Source of the DNA: Candidatus Latescibacterota bacterium
GTDB lineage: Bacteria > Latescibacterota > UBA2968 > UBA8231
Length of the DNA stretch: 64,000 nt
NCBI GenBank assembly: GCA_965261395.1
Contig: OZ253462.1
Coordinates: forward strand, 2,752,001 to 2,816,000
Reading direction: 5' to 3'
Positions 50,324-60,420 of the stretch are shown here, piece by piece. Both the position numbers and the translations under genes were made by a program. How positions within the stretch are numbered: the stretch's first letter is position 1; each line of letters begins with the position of its first letter. The notes beneath the pieces are model-generated. The model had not been told where the DNA came from, did not search any database, and saw only the letters and a program-made list of their open reading frames with translations.

Positions 50324-51772
50324 ATGTCTACTGACCTCATTGACCCCAAAAAGCACCGCCAGCTCTTCCTCGACAGCCGCGCCTTAGTCTCTGAGCAAGG
50401 CACCACCCGCACCCTGCATCCGCCCAAAAAGTGCGGCCCTCTCATCACTGGCGGCATCCAGAGCCGCAGCGCCCCCTTGTGGAATCCAGACGAAGAGCGC
50501 TACGAATGGTGGTACAACGGCCCGCAGGCCCGCTTTGCCATCTCCCGCGACGGCGAGCACTGGGAACAACCCTCCCTAGGGCTATATGAGTGGAACGGCA
50601 GCAAAGACAACAACATCGCCTGCGACCCCAACGGCCCGGGCCTGTACCACATCGTCCGCGACGAACGCGACCCAGACCCGAGCCGCCGCTACAAAGCCCT
50701 GTTCAACGGCCGCGGCCGCGGCGGTGCCATCTCGCCCGACGGCTTTGCCTGGACCCCGCTCACCAGTTCCTTTATCCCCAGTCAAGACGAGTCCCAGTTT
50801 GTGTACGACCCCTATACCGAGCAATTCCTCGCCTTGGTCAAGCAGCCCACCGAGTGGGGCCGCTCGGTCTGGCTGGCGACCAGCCGCGACTTCGACCACT
50901 TCACCGCGCCCGAACTCATCTTCCACGCCGACGAAACCGACTGGGAAAACTGCCGCCAGCGTGTCCGCACCATCATCGACGATCCCGCGTACATCACCCC
51001 GCCGATCATCGATGACGAAGACTACCACGCCGAGATCTACAACATGGCCGTCATGCCCTATCAGGGGCTGTACATCGGCTTCCCCACGGTTTTCAACCCC
51101 ATCGGCGCGATCCCGCCGCCAGCCACCAACTTCACCCGCATCAACCAGATCGAAATGGCGGTCTCGCGCGACCTGTACACCTATGATCGCGTGGCCGACC
51201 GCACGCCCTTTATCGGCATCGAACCTTGGGATGGGGAAAACTACGGCACCAGCCAGCTCCTTATGGCCGGTGCGCCGCTGGTGCGCGAAGATGGCGAGAT
51301 TTGGATTTACTACAACGCCCTCCGCATACCGAGCAGCGTGGAAATGTACCAACGCTTCAACCGCTGCAAGGAGCTGTTCCGACTCGGGGTGGGCGAGCGC
51401 CACTTCGCCGACCCGGGTGCGCTCTGCTTGGCCAAGCTGCCGCCCGACCGCTTCGTCTCCATCGACGGCGACGAAATCGCCACCCTCGTCACCCAGCCCT
51501 TCCACTGGCGCGGCGAAGACCTCTACCTCAACGCCAACGCCCGCTGGGGCGAAATCTACGCCGAGATCCAAGACGCCGAGACCGGCAGCCCCCTCCCCGG
51601 CTTCTGGGTGCCCGGAGAGGAGCCGCCGCCCTTCACCGGCGACAGCCTGCGGGCCAAATACGTCTGGAAGCACCCGCACGATTTGGTATTTGAAAAACCG
51701 GTGCGCCTGAAATTCTACCTGCACCAAGCCCGCCTCTACGCCTACTGGCTCGAAGACCGCGGCGTTGAATAG
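50324..51772 (+). CDS. Five-bladed beta-propeller glycoside-hydrolase-like protein (GH32/43 clan-like)
   Basis: A.SRDGEHW, DPSRRYKA, SPDGFAW, SRDFDHF Asp-box-like repeats; EIWIYY; LYLNA.A. Confidence 0.7.
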   Translation: MSTDLIDPKKHRQLFLDSRALVSEQGTTRTLHPPKKCGPLITGGIQSRSAPLWNPDEERYEWWYNGPQARFAISRDGEHWEQPSLGLYEWNGSKDNNIACDPNGPGLYHIVRDERDPDPSRRYKALFNGRGRGGAISPDGFAWTPLTSSFIPSQDESQFVYDPYTEQFLALVKQPTEWGRSVWLATSRDFDHFTAPELIFHADETDWENCRQRVRTIIDDPAYITPPIIDDEDYHAEIYNMAVMPYQGLYIGFPTVFNPIGAIPPPATNFTRINQIEMAVSRDLYTYDRVADRTPFIGIEPWDGENYGTSQLLMAGAPLVREDGEIWIYYNALRIPSSVEMYQRFNRCKELFRLGVGERHFADPGALCLAKLPPDRFVSIDGDEIATLVTQPFHWRGEDLYLNANARWGEIYAEIQDAETGSPLPGFWVPGEEPPPFTGDSLRAKYVWKHPHDLVFEKPVRLKFYLHQARLYAYWLEDRGVE

Positions 51773-51811
51773 GAGTCGGCGACCTCCGGCACATCGCCGC
51801 TAGTGAGCTTT

Positions 51812-53776
51812 TTAGCGCACCAACGTCATCTTCCCGGTCCGCACCCCACCCACAGCGGCCAAGCGATACAGGTACACGCCGCTGGCCACCGCCCGCCCCG
51901 CGTCGTCGCGCCCATCCCATCGCGCCAAGTGCCACCCTGGAGCTGCCACGCCCTGCACCAGCGTCCGCACCTGCTGGCCGTTCAGCGCATAGACCGCTAT
52001 GTGCACCGGTCCGGCGGCCGGTAGCGCGTAGCGGATCGCGGTCGTCGCATTGAACGGGTTGGGATAATTCGCGGCCAACGCCAGCACGGCTGGCTGCGAC
52101 GCGGCCTCGTGGAGCACAGCCGTCAGCACCGGTCCCACAATCCGCAATTCGTCAAACCAGAACTGGATCCCGTCTAAGGCGTGGTGCTCGGCCACGATGT
52201 CGAAGCGGTCGATGGCCTGCCAGTCGAACACGCCGATCGGATTGAACCACTCATTCTCCCAAGCCCCGTGCTCGGCGAAGTCGCCAAGCGGCACCCGCAC
52301 CTTATGCCACGCGCCGTCCCAAGCGGCCACCTGCCCATCTATCGTATAGCGCACGCGCCAAGGGTGGTCGTCCGGGTCGTCCGTATCCGTATCGACCAAG
52401 CGGATGTCAAACGACGACCCCGGAGTATCTCCCCGCACCCAGAACTCGACCGCATAGCCCGTCGCGGACAACGCGGACAAATCCTTGAAGGGCTTAAAAT
52501 CGAAGCCAATGAACCCGTAGAGCGGCACCCCAGTCCAGCGCATGCAGTAGCGGCCCACCGCTGGGTCTGCCTCGTCATAGTAATCGACCGTGCCTTCGCT
52601 GAGGTGGTTGGACTCGACCATGTCCGGGCCGAGGAAGTCTTCGTAGAGCACAAAATCCCGCTGGTCTGGCTCGGCCACAAAATCCCGTTGCGGCGGCACG
52701 TTCAGCCCCAACGCCTCCAACAGCGGCACATTCAGATCAAAATCGAACAACTCGTCCGACCCGCGCTCAAACAGCCCAAAACCGCCTCGGTAGTCCCAAG
52801 TGGTCCACGCGATGCCCCGCTCCTCCATGTGCTGCCGCACCACCTCGTACCACAAGACGCGGTCGCTGTTGTCGCTGTTGGGGCTGTACACCCCAAACTC
52901 CCCGCAAAACAGCGGCACGCCGCGATCCTTCTGAAAGGCCGAGGCCTCGTCGAGCAGTATGCGCACCTGCGCGATGGTGCCCTCTTGGCTGTAATTGCCC
53001 AGCGCCGTGCCGACCCACGTGCCCTGCAAGGACGAGGGCAACGCCGGCATGCGCGCCCGCTCGTAGGGAAAGGGCACGCCGCGCAGCGGCACCAAGGAAG
53101 GATTGGTCCAACTAGCGCCTTGGTGGGTAAAGACGAAAGGCTCGTAGAAGTGAAACGTGTACACGAGGTTGTCATCGGCAAAGACCGGCATCCGTTGCAG
53201 GTTGCGGAAGCTGTTCCAGTTGGCCGGGCCAACGACGATCGCGTGCTGCTGATCCACCTGCCGAATGGCGTCGATCACCTGCTGCTGGATCGCGTTCCAA
53301 GCCGCGTCGCTAATGCCGTGTGGCTCGTTGAGGATCTCGTAGTAGAGCTGGGCCGGATGCGCGGCAAAGTGCGCGGCGAGTTGGGTCCACACCGGCACCA
53401 GCACATCGCCAATATCCGGTGAGGTACTCACCGCCGGATCGAACGTATGGTTGTCCAAAATCAGATGCAGTCCCAACTCATCGGCCCAATCCGCGATTTG
53501 ATCGAGCAAGTCGTAGAGCAAGGGATCGATGCGATAGTCCGGCGGCCCGCTCGTCATGGCGTGCAGATTGATCGGCAGGCGCACCACGTCGCAGCCGAGC
53601 TGTTGGATCTGCGCGAAGTCGGCCCGGCCAAACTTGGCAAAGTGCACGTTCTGCGCACTGGGCGCTTGCAGCCAATTGGTCAGGTTGACGCCCCGGCTAA
53701 ACGGAGCCTCGGCACTCCACGCCGCGACCGTGCACAACAACAAGAGCCACAGGCTATTTGCTTTTGATTTTAACAT
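51812..53776 (-). CDS. GH5 glycoside hydrolase (cellulase family) with CBM-like and FlgD/T9SS-like domains
   Basis: RGVNL, VRLP, ILDNH, YEILNEPH, FHFY.P, CGEFG, WDY; ANYPNPFN tail. Confidence 0.92.
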   Translation of the reverse strand: MLKSKANSLWLLLLCTVAAWSAEAPFSRGVNLTNWLQAPSAQNVHFAKFGRADFAQIQQLGCDVVRLPINLHAMTSGPPDYRIDPLLYDLLDQIADWADELGLHLILDNHTFDPAVSTSPDIGDVLVPVWTQLAAHFAAHPAQLYYEILNEPHGISDAAWNAIQQQVIDAIRQVDQQHAIVVGPANWNSFRNLQRMPVFADDNLVYTFHFYEPFVFTHQGASWTNPSLVPLRGVPFPYERARMPALPSSLQGTWVGTALGNYSQEGTIAQVRILLDEASAFQKDRGVPLFCGEFGVYSPNSDNSDRVLWYEVVRQHMEERGIAWTTWDYRGGFGLFERGSDELFDFDLNVPLLEALGLNVPPQRDFVAEPDQRDFVLYEDFLGPDMVESNHLSEGTVDYYDEADPAVGRYCMRWTGVPLYGFIGFDFKPFKDLSALSATGYAVEFWVRGDTPGSSFDIRLVDTDTDDPDDHPWRVRYTIDGQVAAWDGAWHKVRVPLGDFAEHGAWENEWFNPIGVFDWQAIDRFDIVAEHHALDGIQFWFDELRIVGPVLTAVLHEAASQPAVLALAANYPNPFNATTAIRYALPAAGPVHIAVYALNGQQVRTLVQGVAAPGWHLARWDGRDDAGRAVASGVYLYRLAAVGGVRTGKMTLVR

Positions 53777-53937
53777 GGCGGGAAATTAGACGCACCGCGG
53801 CTTCCAAACAACGCGCACGGGCACTATCAAATGTCGTGGGTGGAATTAGAGTCTTTCATTCCTCGCCTGAATTGCCTATATCTCTGACCACAAAACCGCG
53901 TGCCGTATGCACCTCCATGCCCCACAGGAGCCACGCC

Positions 53938-55194
53938 ATGAAAATCACCACCATCGAAGTCATCCCCCTGCGCCTTCCCTACGAGGATCGCATCCGCAAG
54001 GCGTTCTATCACTTCGGCATGAACGAAGAGGTGACCGTGTACAAGTTCCACACCGATACCGGCTTGATAGGCTTGGGTGAAAACCCCGGCCCGCCCTTTG
54101 CGCAGAGCTTGCTCGACGCCTACCTCGGCACCAACCCTTTCGATCACGTCATGGGCACCGGGAGCTTCAACCTCGACATGGCCTGTTACGATCTGATGGG
54201 CAAACACCTCGGGCTGCCGGCCTGGAAGCTGATGGGCCAACAGGTGCGGGAGTGGGTAAGCATGGGGTGGTGGATGCCCTGCATGTCGCCCGAGGACTCG
54301 GCCGCCGAGGTGCAAGAAGCCGCCGCCCGCGGCTATCGCGGGCTAAAATGCAAGGCCCGCGCCTTCTATGATATAGTCGAGCAAGCCCAAGCCATGCAGG
54401 ACGCGGCCCCGCCCGACTTCCGCATTGAATTCGACTTCAACGGCGCGCTCATCAACGTCGAAAGAGCTTTGCCCATCCTGCGCCAGTTGGAGCAGATTCC
54501 AGTAGTCAAAGGGATCGAGGAGCCGATCTTTGCCTATGACATCGAGGGCTGGCGACGCCTGCACCAAGAAATCCGCATTCCCTTCTACCTCCACGGCGTC
54601 AGCACGATCTTCGACGGTCCCTCGCGCCAGCCTTCCGGCCCCTGGCTTGGGCTGCGCGCTGGAGATTTCGACGGCGCACTCTGTAGCCACGAGACCATCC
54701 GCAACGCGCTGGCCGCTTCTTGGGCCTTCGCCGCGGCCAATACGCCGATCCTCTTGCAGTACGTCGGCACGGGCATCACCGCGGCCTTCGCCTGCCACCT
54801 CGGCGCGGTCATGCACACGGCCACCCTACCGGGCGTAACCGCCCATCACATGTACGCAGACGACCTGATCGCCGAGCCGCACCTAGTCCAGCGCGGCTTT
54901 ATGCAGGTGCCCACCGGTCAAGGCTTAGGGGTGGAACTGGATGAGGACGCGGTCGCGCGCTACCGCGCCGTACCCGCGCCGCAATGGCCGCGTCACTTCT
55001 CAGTCATAACCCTACCCGGCGGCCTCGAACACTACTACCGCGACCTGCGACAGGCCGAACGCCTCATGAAACAAGGCGTTGACGAAGCCTTCGCTCCCGG
55101 CGTCCGCCTCACCGAGCGTGAAGACGACGGCAGCGCGGATTTCGATAGGCTCTGGTGCACGCTCCAAGAACGCGACTGGCCCGTCTGGGTCTAG
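53938..55194 (+). CDS. Mandelate racemase/muconate lactonizing enzyme family
   Basis: DMACYDLMGK, LKCK, FDFN, IEEP, P.G.GLGVELD. Confidence 0.85.
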   Translation: MKITTIEVIPLRLPYEDRIRKAFYHFGMNEEVTVYKFHTDTGLIGLGENPGPPFAQSLLDAYLGTNPFDHVMGTGSFNLDMACYDLMGKHLGLPAWKLMGQQVREWVSMGWWMPCMSPEDSAAEVQEAAARGYRGLKCKARAFYDIVEQAQAMQDAAPPDFRIEFDFNGALINVERALPILRQLEQIPVVKGIEEPIFAYDIEGWRRLHQEIRIPFYLHGVSTIFDGPSRQPSGPWLGLRAGDFDGALCSHETIRNALAASWAFAAANTPILLQYVGTGITAAFACHLGAVMHTATLPGVTAHHMYADDLIAEPHLVQRGFMQVPTGQGLGVELDEDAVARYRAVPAPQWPRHFSVITLPGGLEHYYRDLRQAERLMKQGVDEAFAPGVRLTEREDDGSADFDRLWCTLQERDWPVWV

Positions 55195-55205
55195 AGGAGA
55201 CTCCC

Positions 55206-56297
55206 GTGAAAATTACCCGCATCACCCTCCACATCGTCAACGTGCCCGAGCGCCGCTGGTGGTGGTCGGACGACGTGTACGGCCAGCCCCTGCACCAGCG
55301 CACCGAGCACGGCGTCGCCGAAGTCGAGACCGATCAAGGCTTGACGGGCCTGACGCTGATCGGGCGTTTTACCGCCTTGGACACCATGCGCCAGCAGTTT
55401 GCGACTTGGCTGGGTCAGGACGTCCTCCAAGTCAACTTGGCGCAAAGCAACGATCCCTTGCAGGGCGCTTTTGAACAGGCCGTGCTCGACTTGCGCGGCC
55501 AAGCACTGGGCGTACCTATCTGGCAATTATTGGGCGGTCGGTTGCGCGACCGCGTTCCGGTCACCCAATGCACGGGGTACAAAACGCCCAAACACACCGC
55601 GGAAGACGCCCAATGGGGATGGGAACAGGGCTTCCGCGCTTATAAGATGAAGTGCATCACTAGCCGCGAGAAAACCCCCGAGGAGCGCATCCGCTACGTC
55701 ACCGATCGGATAGAAGCCATCCACCGCGTGGTCCCCGACATGGTGGTGCGCCCGGATATCCGCTGGCGCTTAGAAGAAGTCTGGGTGGCCCAAGAGCTGG
55801 CCCGCCGCCTACAGGGCCATCGCCTAGACTCGCTCGAAAGCCCCATTGCCAAAGGCGCTCGCGGCGGCACGTTTTCCGAATGGCGTCGCCTGCGCCACAC
55901 CATCGAATTACCCATTGGCGACCACGTCGGCGACGCAGCCGATCTGTTGCGCCGCTTTCAGGCCGAGGCCCTCGACTACGTCATTGTCGGCGGAGCCAGC
56001 CACTTTGAAACTTTGCACCACTCGCACCTCGCGCACGCGCTGGGGCTAGGCGGCTGGTCGCAGACCGTAGCTTATGGGCCGGGGGCTGCTATGGGCCTGC
56101 ACGTGGCTGCTTGTATGCCCCATTTAACTCAACCCTACGACATGGTCGGCCCCATCGCCTGGGAGCACTCCTTGGTCAACGAGGAATTCGTCCTCGCAGA
56201 GGGCAGCTTCCTCGTCTCCGACCGACCGGGTTTGGGCTACACCCTCGACCGCGACGGCGTCGAGCGCTACTTAGTCGAACGCCACATTTTCCCTTAG
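55206..56297 (+). CDS. Mandelate racemase/muconate lactonizing enzyme family
   Basis: EQAVLDLRGQALGVPIWQLLGG, YKMK, LESP, PGLGYTLD. Confidence 0.85.
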   Translation: MKITRITLHIVNVPERRWWWSDDVYGQPLHQRTEHGVAEVETDQGLTGLTLIGRFTALDTMRQQFATWLGQDVLQVNLAQSNDPLQGAFEQAVLDLRGQALGVPIWQLLGGRLRDRVPVTQCTGYKTPKHTAEDAQWGWEQGFRAYKMKCITSREKTPEERIRYVTDRIEAIHRVVPDMVVRPDIRWRLEEVWVAQELARRLQGHRLDSLESPIAKGARGGTFSEWRRLRHTIELPIGDHVGDAADLLRRFQAEALDYVIVGGASHFETLHHSHLAHALGLGGWSQTVAYGPGAAMGLHVAACMPHLTQPYDMVGPIAWEHSLVNEEFVLAEGSFLVSDRPGLGYTLDRDGVERYLVERHIFP

Positions 56298-56313
56298 AAC
56301 TGCTAACCAACCC

Positions 56314-58002
56314 ATGTCCGAAGCCCCCGAATACCGCATCCGCTCCAACGCCCCCTTCGCACTTGACTGCACCCTCGACAAGACGCTGACGGTCGCCGCT
56401 TGGGTCGAAAGTCCCACGGCCCGCGCCGAAGCTATGCAGCCACTCGTCTCGCAATGGTGGCCCCGCGCCGCCTTCGCCGCCTTCGCCGCTTATGACGCTG
56501 GCCACACCGACGGCTTGGTGACCCAAGGCTACTTCGGCGCAGTATTCGATGGCCGCTACGCGTACTTCTGCCCCATCCGCGACCAGCAGGAGCGCACTTC
56601 CGTCCACGGCCGCGTCCTCCGCCTCGACACCCAAGCCGACTTCAAAGACCCACACGCTTGGGCCGCCTACGACGCCAGCTACACCGACGGCCTGCACACC
56701 GCGGGCTTCTACGGCGGGGCCTTTGACGGACGCTACGTGTACTTCAACCCCCGCGACGACGGCACCATCCACCACTCGCGGCTCTTGCGCTACGACACTC
56801 AAGCCGACTTCAAAGACCCAGACGCTTGGGCCGCCCACGACGCTCAGTTACCCCACTCGGGACAGGGCCTCGCCTTTGACGGGCGCTATCTCTACTTCTG
56901 CCCGGGTTACACCCGGTCGTCAATCGGCGGTTTGGACGACGAGCACAGCGGCCGCATCCTCCGCTACGACACCCGCGCCTCCCTAAAGGATCCTGCGAGC
57001 TATGCCGTCTTCAATGCCCAACAGCTCTGTCCGGAGGCAGCCTGTTTCGACGGTGCCGCGTTTGACGGGCACCATATCTACTTCGCGCCGCTCGACAGCG
57101 GCCATGTCCTCCGCTACGCGGTCACCGGGGATTTCGCCGACCCACAAAGCTGGGACCTCTACGACGCTCGTCCCGTGGGGATGCAGATGAACGTCGGTGC
57201 CGTGTTCGACGGGCGGCACATCTATTTTTGCGCTTATGGCAACAGCACGATGTTGCGCTACGACACCGCCGCGCCGTTCGACGACCCAGCCGCTTGGGAC
57301 ACCTACGTTCCCGTAGAGAACAGCGGCTTTGACGGCGGCTTCTTCGACGGACGCTACGTGTACTACGTGCCCTTCACCCGTGCCGCCGCACCCGGAGAGA
57401 GCGTCTTCCACGGCTCCTGGCTGCGCTACGACACGGCCGCGCCGTTCGACGATCCAGCCGCTTGGGACACCCACGACGCCAGCTATACCGACGGCCTGCA
57501 CACGACCGCGTACAACGCTGGAGCGTTCGACGGACGCTATTTCTACACCGCTCCTTGGCGCGGCGACCGCGACGGCAGCCACGCCCACGGCCGCGTACAA
57601 CGCTACGACACCCTCGGGGCAGACGGTGCGTTCTCCCTGCGCTACGACGACGTGGGCCACAACGGCGGGCTGTGCGCGGCCGTGCCCGGCCCCAGCTTCA
57701 TCGTCAATACCACCGGCGGCGCGGTCAGCATTGCCGCTCACCAAACCCTCGCGCCCGGCGTCCATCACCTCGTCGGAGTGTACGACGGCGCGCGCATCCA
57801 GCTCTATATCGACGGCGCGCTCGCAGCCTCGCGCTCAGCTTGTGGCCGTCCGTTGCAACAGACGGCCATCCCCGTGACCATCGGCCATATCGCCAACGGT
57901 AGCGCCCGCTTCCAAGGCACCATCACCGAAGTATATCTATCGCCCGTCGCCCACAGCGCCGCTTGGGTCGCAGCAACCTATCACGCGGGTGCGCCAACCT
58001 AA
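56314..58002 (+). CDS. LamG-like domain interrupted by FDGRY-repeat beta-propeller
   Basis: 7 repeats of (G/A)xFDGR(Y/H)xY...LRYDT; LamG motifs LTVAAWV and HHLVGVYDG..IQLYIDG...FQGTI.EV. Confidence 0.7.
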   Translation: MSEAPEYRIRSNAPFALDCTLDKTLTVAAWVESPTARAEAMQPLVSQWWPRAAFAAFAAYDAGHTDGLVTQGYFGAVFDGRYAYFCPIRDQQERTSVHGRVLRLDTQADFKDPHAWAAYDASYTDGLHTAGFYGGAFDGRYVYFNPRDDGTIHHSRLLRYDTQADFKDPDAWAAHDAQLPHSGQGLAFDGRYLYFCPGYTRSSIGGLDDEHSGRILRYDTRASLKDPASYAVFNAQQLCPEAACFDGAAFDGHHIYFAPLDSGHVLRYAVTGDFADPQSWDLYDARPVGMQMNVGAVFDGRHIYFCAYGNSTMLRYDTAAPFDDPAAWDTYVPVENSGFDGGFFDGRYVYYVPFTRAAAPGESVFHGSWLRYDTAAPFDDPAAWDTHDASYTDGLHTTAYNAGAFDGRYFYTAPWRGDRDGSHAHGRVQRYDTLGADGAFSLRYDDVGHNGGLCAAVPGPSFIVNTTGGAVSIAAHQTLAPGVHHLVGVYDGARIQLYIDGALAASRSACGRPLQQTAIPVTIGHIANGSARFQGTITEVYLSPVAHSAAWVAATYHAGAPT

Positions 58003-58013
58003 AGGAGCTTCTC

Positions 58014-59087
58014 ATGGACGAAAAATACACGGTCGCCATCATCGGCTGTGGCCGCCTCGGCCAACACTACGCCGAGGTCTATCAAACCCTGCCCAACACC
58101 GAGCTAGTCGCCATCGCCGAATACAACTCCGAGCGCCGCCAAGCCGTCGGCGAGCGCTTTGGCATCCGGGCGCTCTATCAGGACGCGCAAGACCTCTTCC
58201 GGCACATCGTCCCCGACATCGCGGTCGTTGTGCTGCCCGGCAAGTACATCAAGGAGGCTGTCATCGCCGCCGCCCAAGCTGGCGTCAAGGGCGTCTCCAC
58301 CGACAAGCCCATTGAGGCCCGCCTTTCGGATGTCGATGCCATGATCGAGGAATGCGAAGCGCGCGGCGTGGTCTTTGCCGGCGGCAACCTGCAACGGGCC
58401 ATAGGCGAGGTACAAGAAGCGGCCGGTTGGCTACATGCCGGCGAGTACGGCCCATTGCGCGGAGCCAGCGTCCACGGCTGGGGCGGCGAAATTTCCGGCG
58501 GAGGCTGCCAGCACATCGCCGTTCTGCGCCTCCTCACCCAAGCCGAGATAACCCAAGTCATCACCTGGGGCTCACCACCCGAGGCCCTCGCGCGCGACGA
58601 CGATGAGGGCCTGATCATCAACGGCCAATTCTTGCTCAGCAACGGTCTCGTCTGCCCGGTCTTTGGCCAACAGACGTCCAGCCGCGGTGTAGATGTGTGG
58701 ACCGACGATGCGCTCGTGCGCTGGGATTGGGGGCCGCCCGAAATTTTCCAAGGCCGCGACGCACAGGGTACTCGCATAAAAACCGACCGCCCCTATACCC
58801 CACTCGAATACCCCCGCTTCTCCTACATGGGCACTTCGGTGCTGTCGTTTTTGGATGTCGTGGAAAACGGCGGTGAGCTGTACATCTCCGGTCACGACCT
58901 GCGCCAATCACTCGAAGTAGCCATCGCCGCCAAGTACTCGGCGCTGTGGGGCAATGTGCCGCTCGACCTGCCGCTCGCCGACCGCTCACTCGCGCTCTAC
59001 CCCAGGGCCTATCGCTGGCTCGGCGGTGACCACTCCGGGCTACCACAAACCTACACAGAGGCGTTGGAAGGGACGCTTTTTCGTTAG
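58014..59087 (+). CDS. Gfo/Idh/MocA oxidoreductase
   Basis: AIIGCGRLG, STDKP. Confidence 0.88.
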   Translation: MDEKYTVAIIGCGRLGQHYAEVYQTLPNTELVAIAEYNSERRQAVGERFGIRALYQDAQDLFRHIVPDIAVVVLPGKYIKEAVIAAAQAGVKGVSTDKPIEARLSDVDAMIEECEARGVVFAGGNLQRAIGEVQEAAGWLHAGEYGPLRGASVHGWGGEISGGGCQHIAVLRLLTQAEITQVITWGSPPEALARDDDEGLIINGQFLLSNGLVCPVFGQQTSSRGVDVWTDDALVRWDWGPPEIFQGRDAQGTRIKTDRPYTPLEYPRFSYMGTSVLSFLDVVENGGELYISGHDLRQSLEVAIAAKYSALWGNVPLDLPLADRSLALYPRAYRWLGGDHSGLPQTYTEALEGTLFR

Positions 59088-59166
59088 CAGCGCCACCGCT
59101 CAGTGATTCACCAAATCGCACCGGTGCCCCTGGAGCAATTACCTTTAAGCAGGAGTAGAATCATTA

Positions 59167-60342
59167 GTGAATGATCATGTCGATTTCAGCCCCGAAGAAT
59201 ACCAACAGCGGCTGAGCAAGCTCAGGGTGTTAATGGCGGAGCGCGGTATCGACGCTGTGCTGGTCACCACCGAGGCCAATCACCGCTACTTTACGGGCCA
59301 TGTGACCCACCGCTGGATGCACCAGTACACGGCCATGTTCGCCCTGCTGCCGCTGGAGGGCGAACCGCTGCTTATTGTGCCCCCGCAAGAAGCCTGTATG
59401 TGCGAGGAAGATTCCTGGATGAAAAGCATCCGAACCTTCCCATCAGAACATATTCTCCAAGGTGTCGATGCCATTACCGACGCCGTGCACGAACTCGGGC
59501 TGGAAGAAGGCCGCATTGGCACCGAACTCGGCGGGATAGTCTCGCTCAGGATGCCTTGCGAAGATTTCGACCAGTTGCGGCAAAACCTGCCCAATGTTGA
59601 TTTTGTCGATGCGTCCGCCCTATGTTGGACGTTGCGCGCCCGGAAATCGAACGCCGAAGTGGAGCGCATCCGCGAGGCAGTGGCCATCACTGATGCAGCG
59701 TATCAGGCCCTCTTCGAGGAGGTCAAACCGGGGATGAGCGAGCGGGAGCTCTGTCGCCTGCTCGCGGTCGAACACCTCAGGCGCGGGGCCGAAATGCCGG
59801 GCTCGATCACCCTCGCTCCATATATACCCGACGACATCCGGGTCGCCAATAGCACCCTGCGGCGACCTATTGATCGCGTGCTGACCGCGGGCGAAATGAT
59901 CACCCAAGACGCCGGCGGCGTCTATCGGGGCTACTGGTCAGACTATACGCGGATGTTTGCGCTGGGGCGGGCTAGTGCTGCACACCAAGACGCCTATCGC
60001 GTCGTCTACGATTGTTTGCAGGCGGCGATAGAGGCCACCCGGCCCGGTGTCCCCATCGCCGATCTGGTCCACGCCGCGAAGGCGACGATGAGCGTCTCGG
60101 GCCATGCCGACTATGCCGCAAAGGTCAAGGGTATCGGCCATGCGATGGGGCTGGAGATTATCGAACCGCCCTTTATCGCCTTTGAAAATGAGGTGATTTT
60201 AGCAGAGGGGATGGTCTTCACCATCGAACCTGGACTCTTCACCGCTGACGCTTTCTGTATGCTCGAAGAAGACGTGCTCGTCACCGATCGCGGCTACGAG
60301 GTGCTATCCAAGCCCGCAAGCGCTGAGTTGCCGGTCCTTTGA
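59167..60342 (+). CDS. Xaa-Pro aminopeptidase/creatinase (M24) family
   Basis: RARKS.AE, DAGGVYRGYWSDYTR, GHAMGL..IE.P, TIEPG, EEDVLVT. Confidence 0.9.
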   Translation: MNDHVDFSPEEYQQRLSKLRVLMAERGIDAVLVTTEANHRYFTGHVTHRWMHQYTAMFALLPLEGEPLLIVPPQEACMCEEDSWMKSIRTFPSEHILQGVDAITDAVHELGLEEGRIGTELGGIVSLRMPCEDFDQLRQNLPNVDFVDASALCWTLRARKSNAEVERIREAVAITDAAYQALFEEVKPGMSERELCRLLAVEHLRRGAEMPGSITLAPYIPDDIRVANSTLRRPIDRVLTAGEMITQDAGGVYRGYWSDYTRMFALGRASAAHQDAYRVVYDCLQAAIEATRPGVPIADLVHAAKATMSVSGHADYAAKVKGIGHAMGLEIIEPPFIAFENEVILAEGMVFTIEPGLFTADAFCMLEEDVLVTDRGYEVLSKPASAELPVL

Positions 60343-60420
60343 GACCATGTGCCTCGTTAGGTATGGTCTCATACGCAGCGTTGATTTTGGGGCCGCGCTT
60401 GCCGGGGAAGAGTTGGATAA

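Noticed and set aside
50582-53422. Long alternative-frame ORFs (50582-51727, 50586-51710, 52181-53422)
   Set aside because: They are GC-rich shadow frames overlapping well-supported genes.
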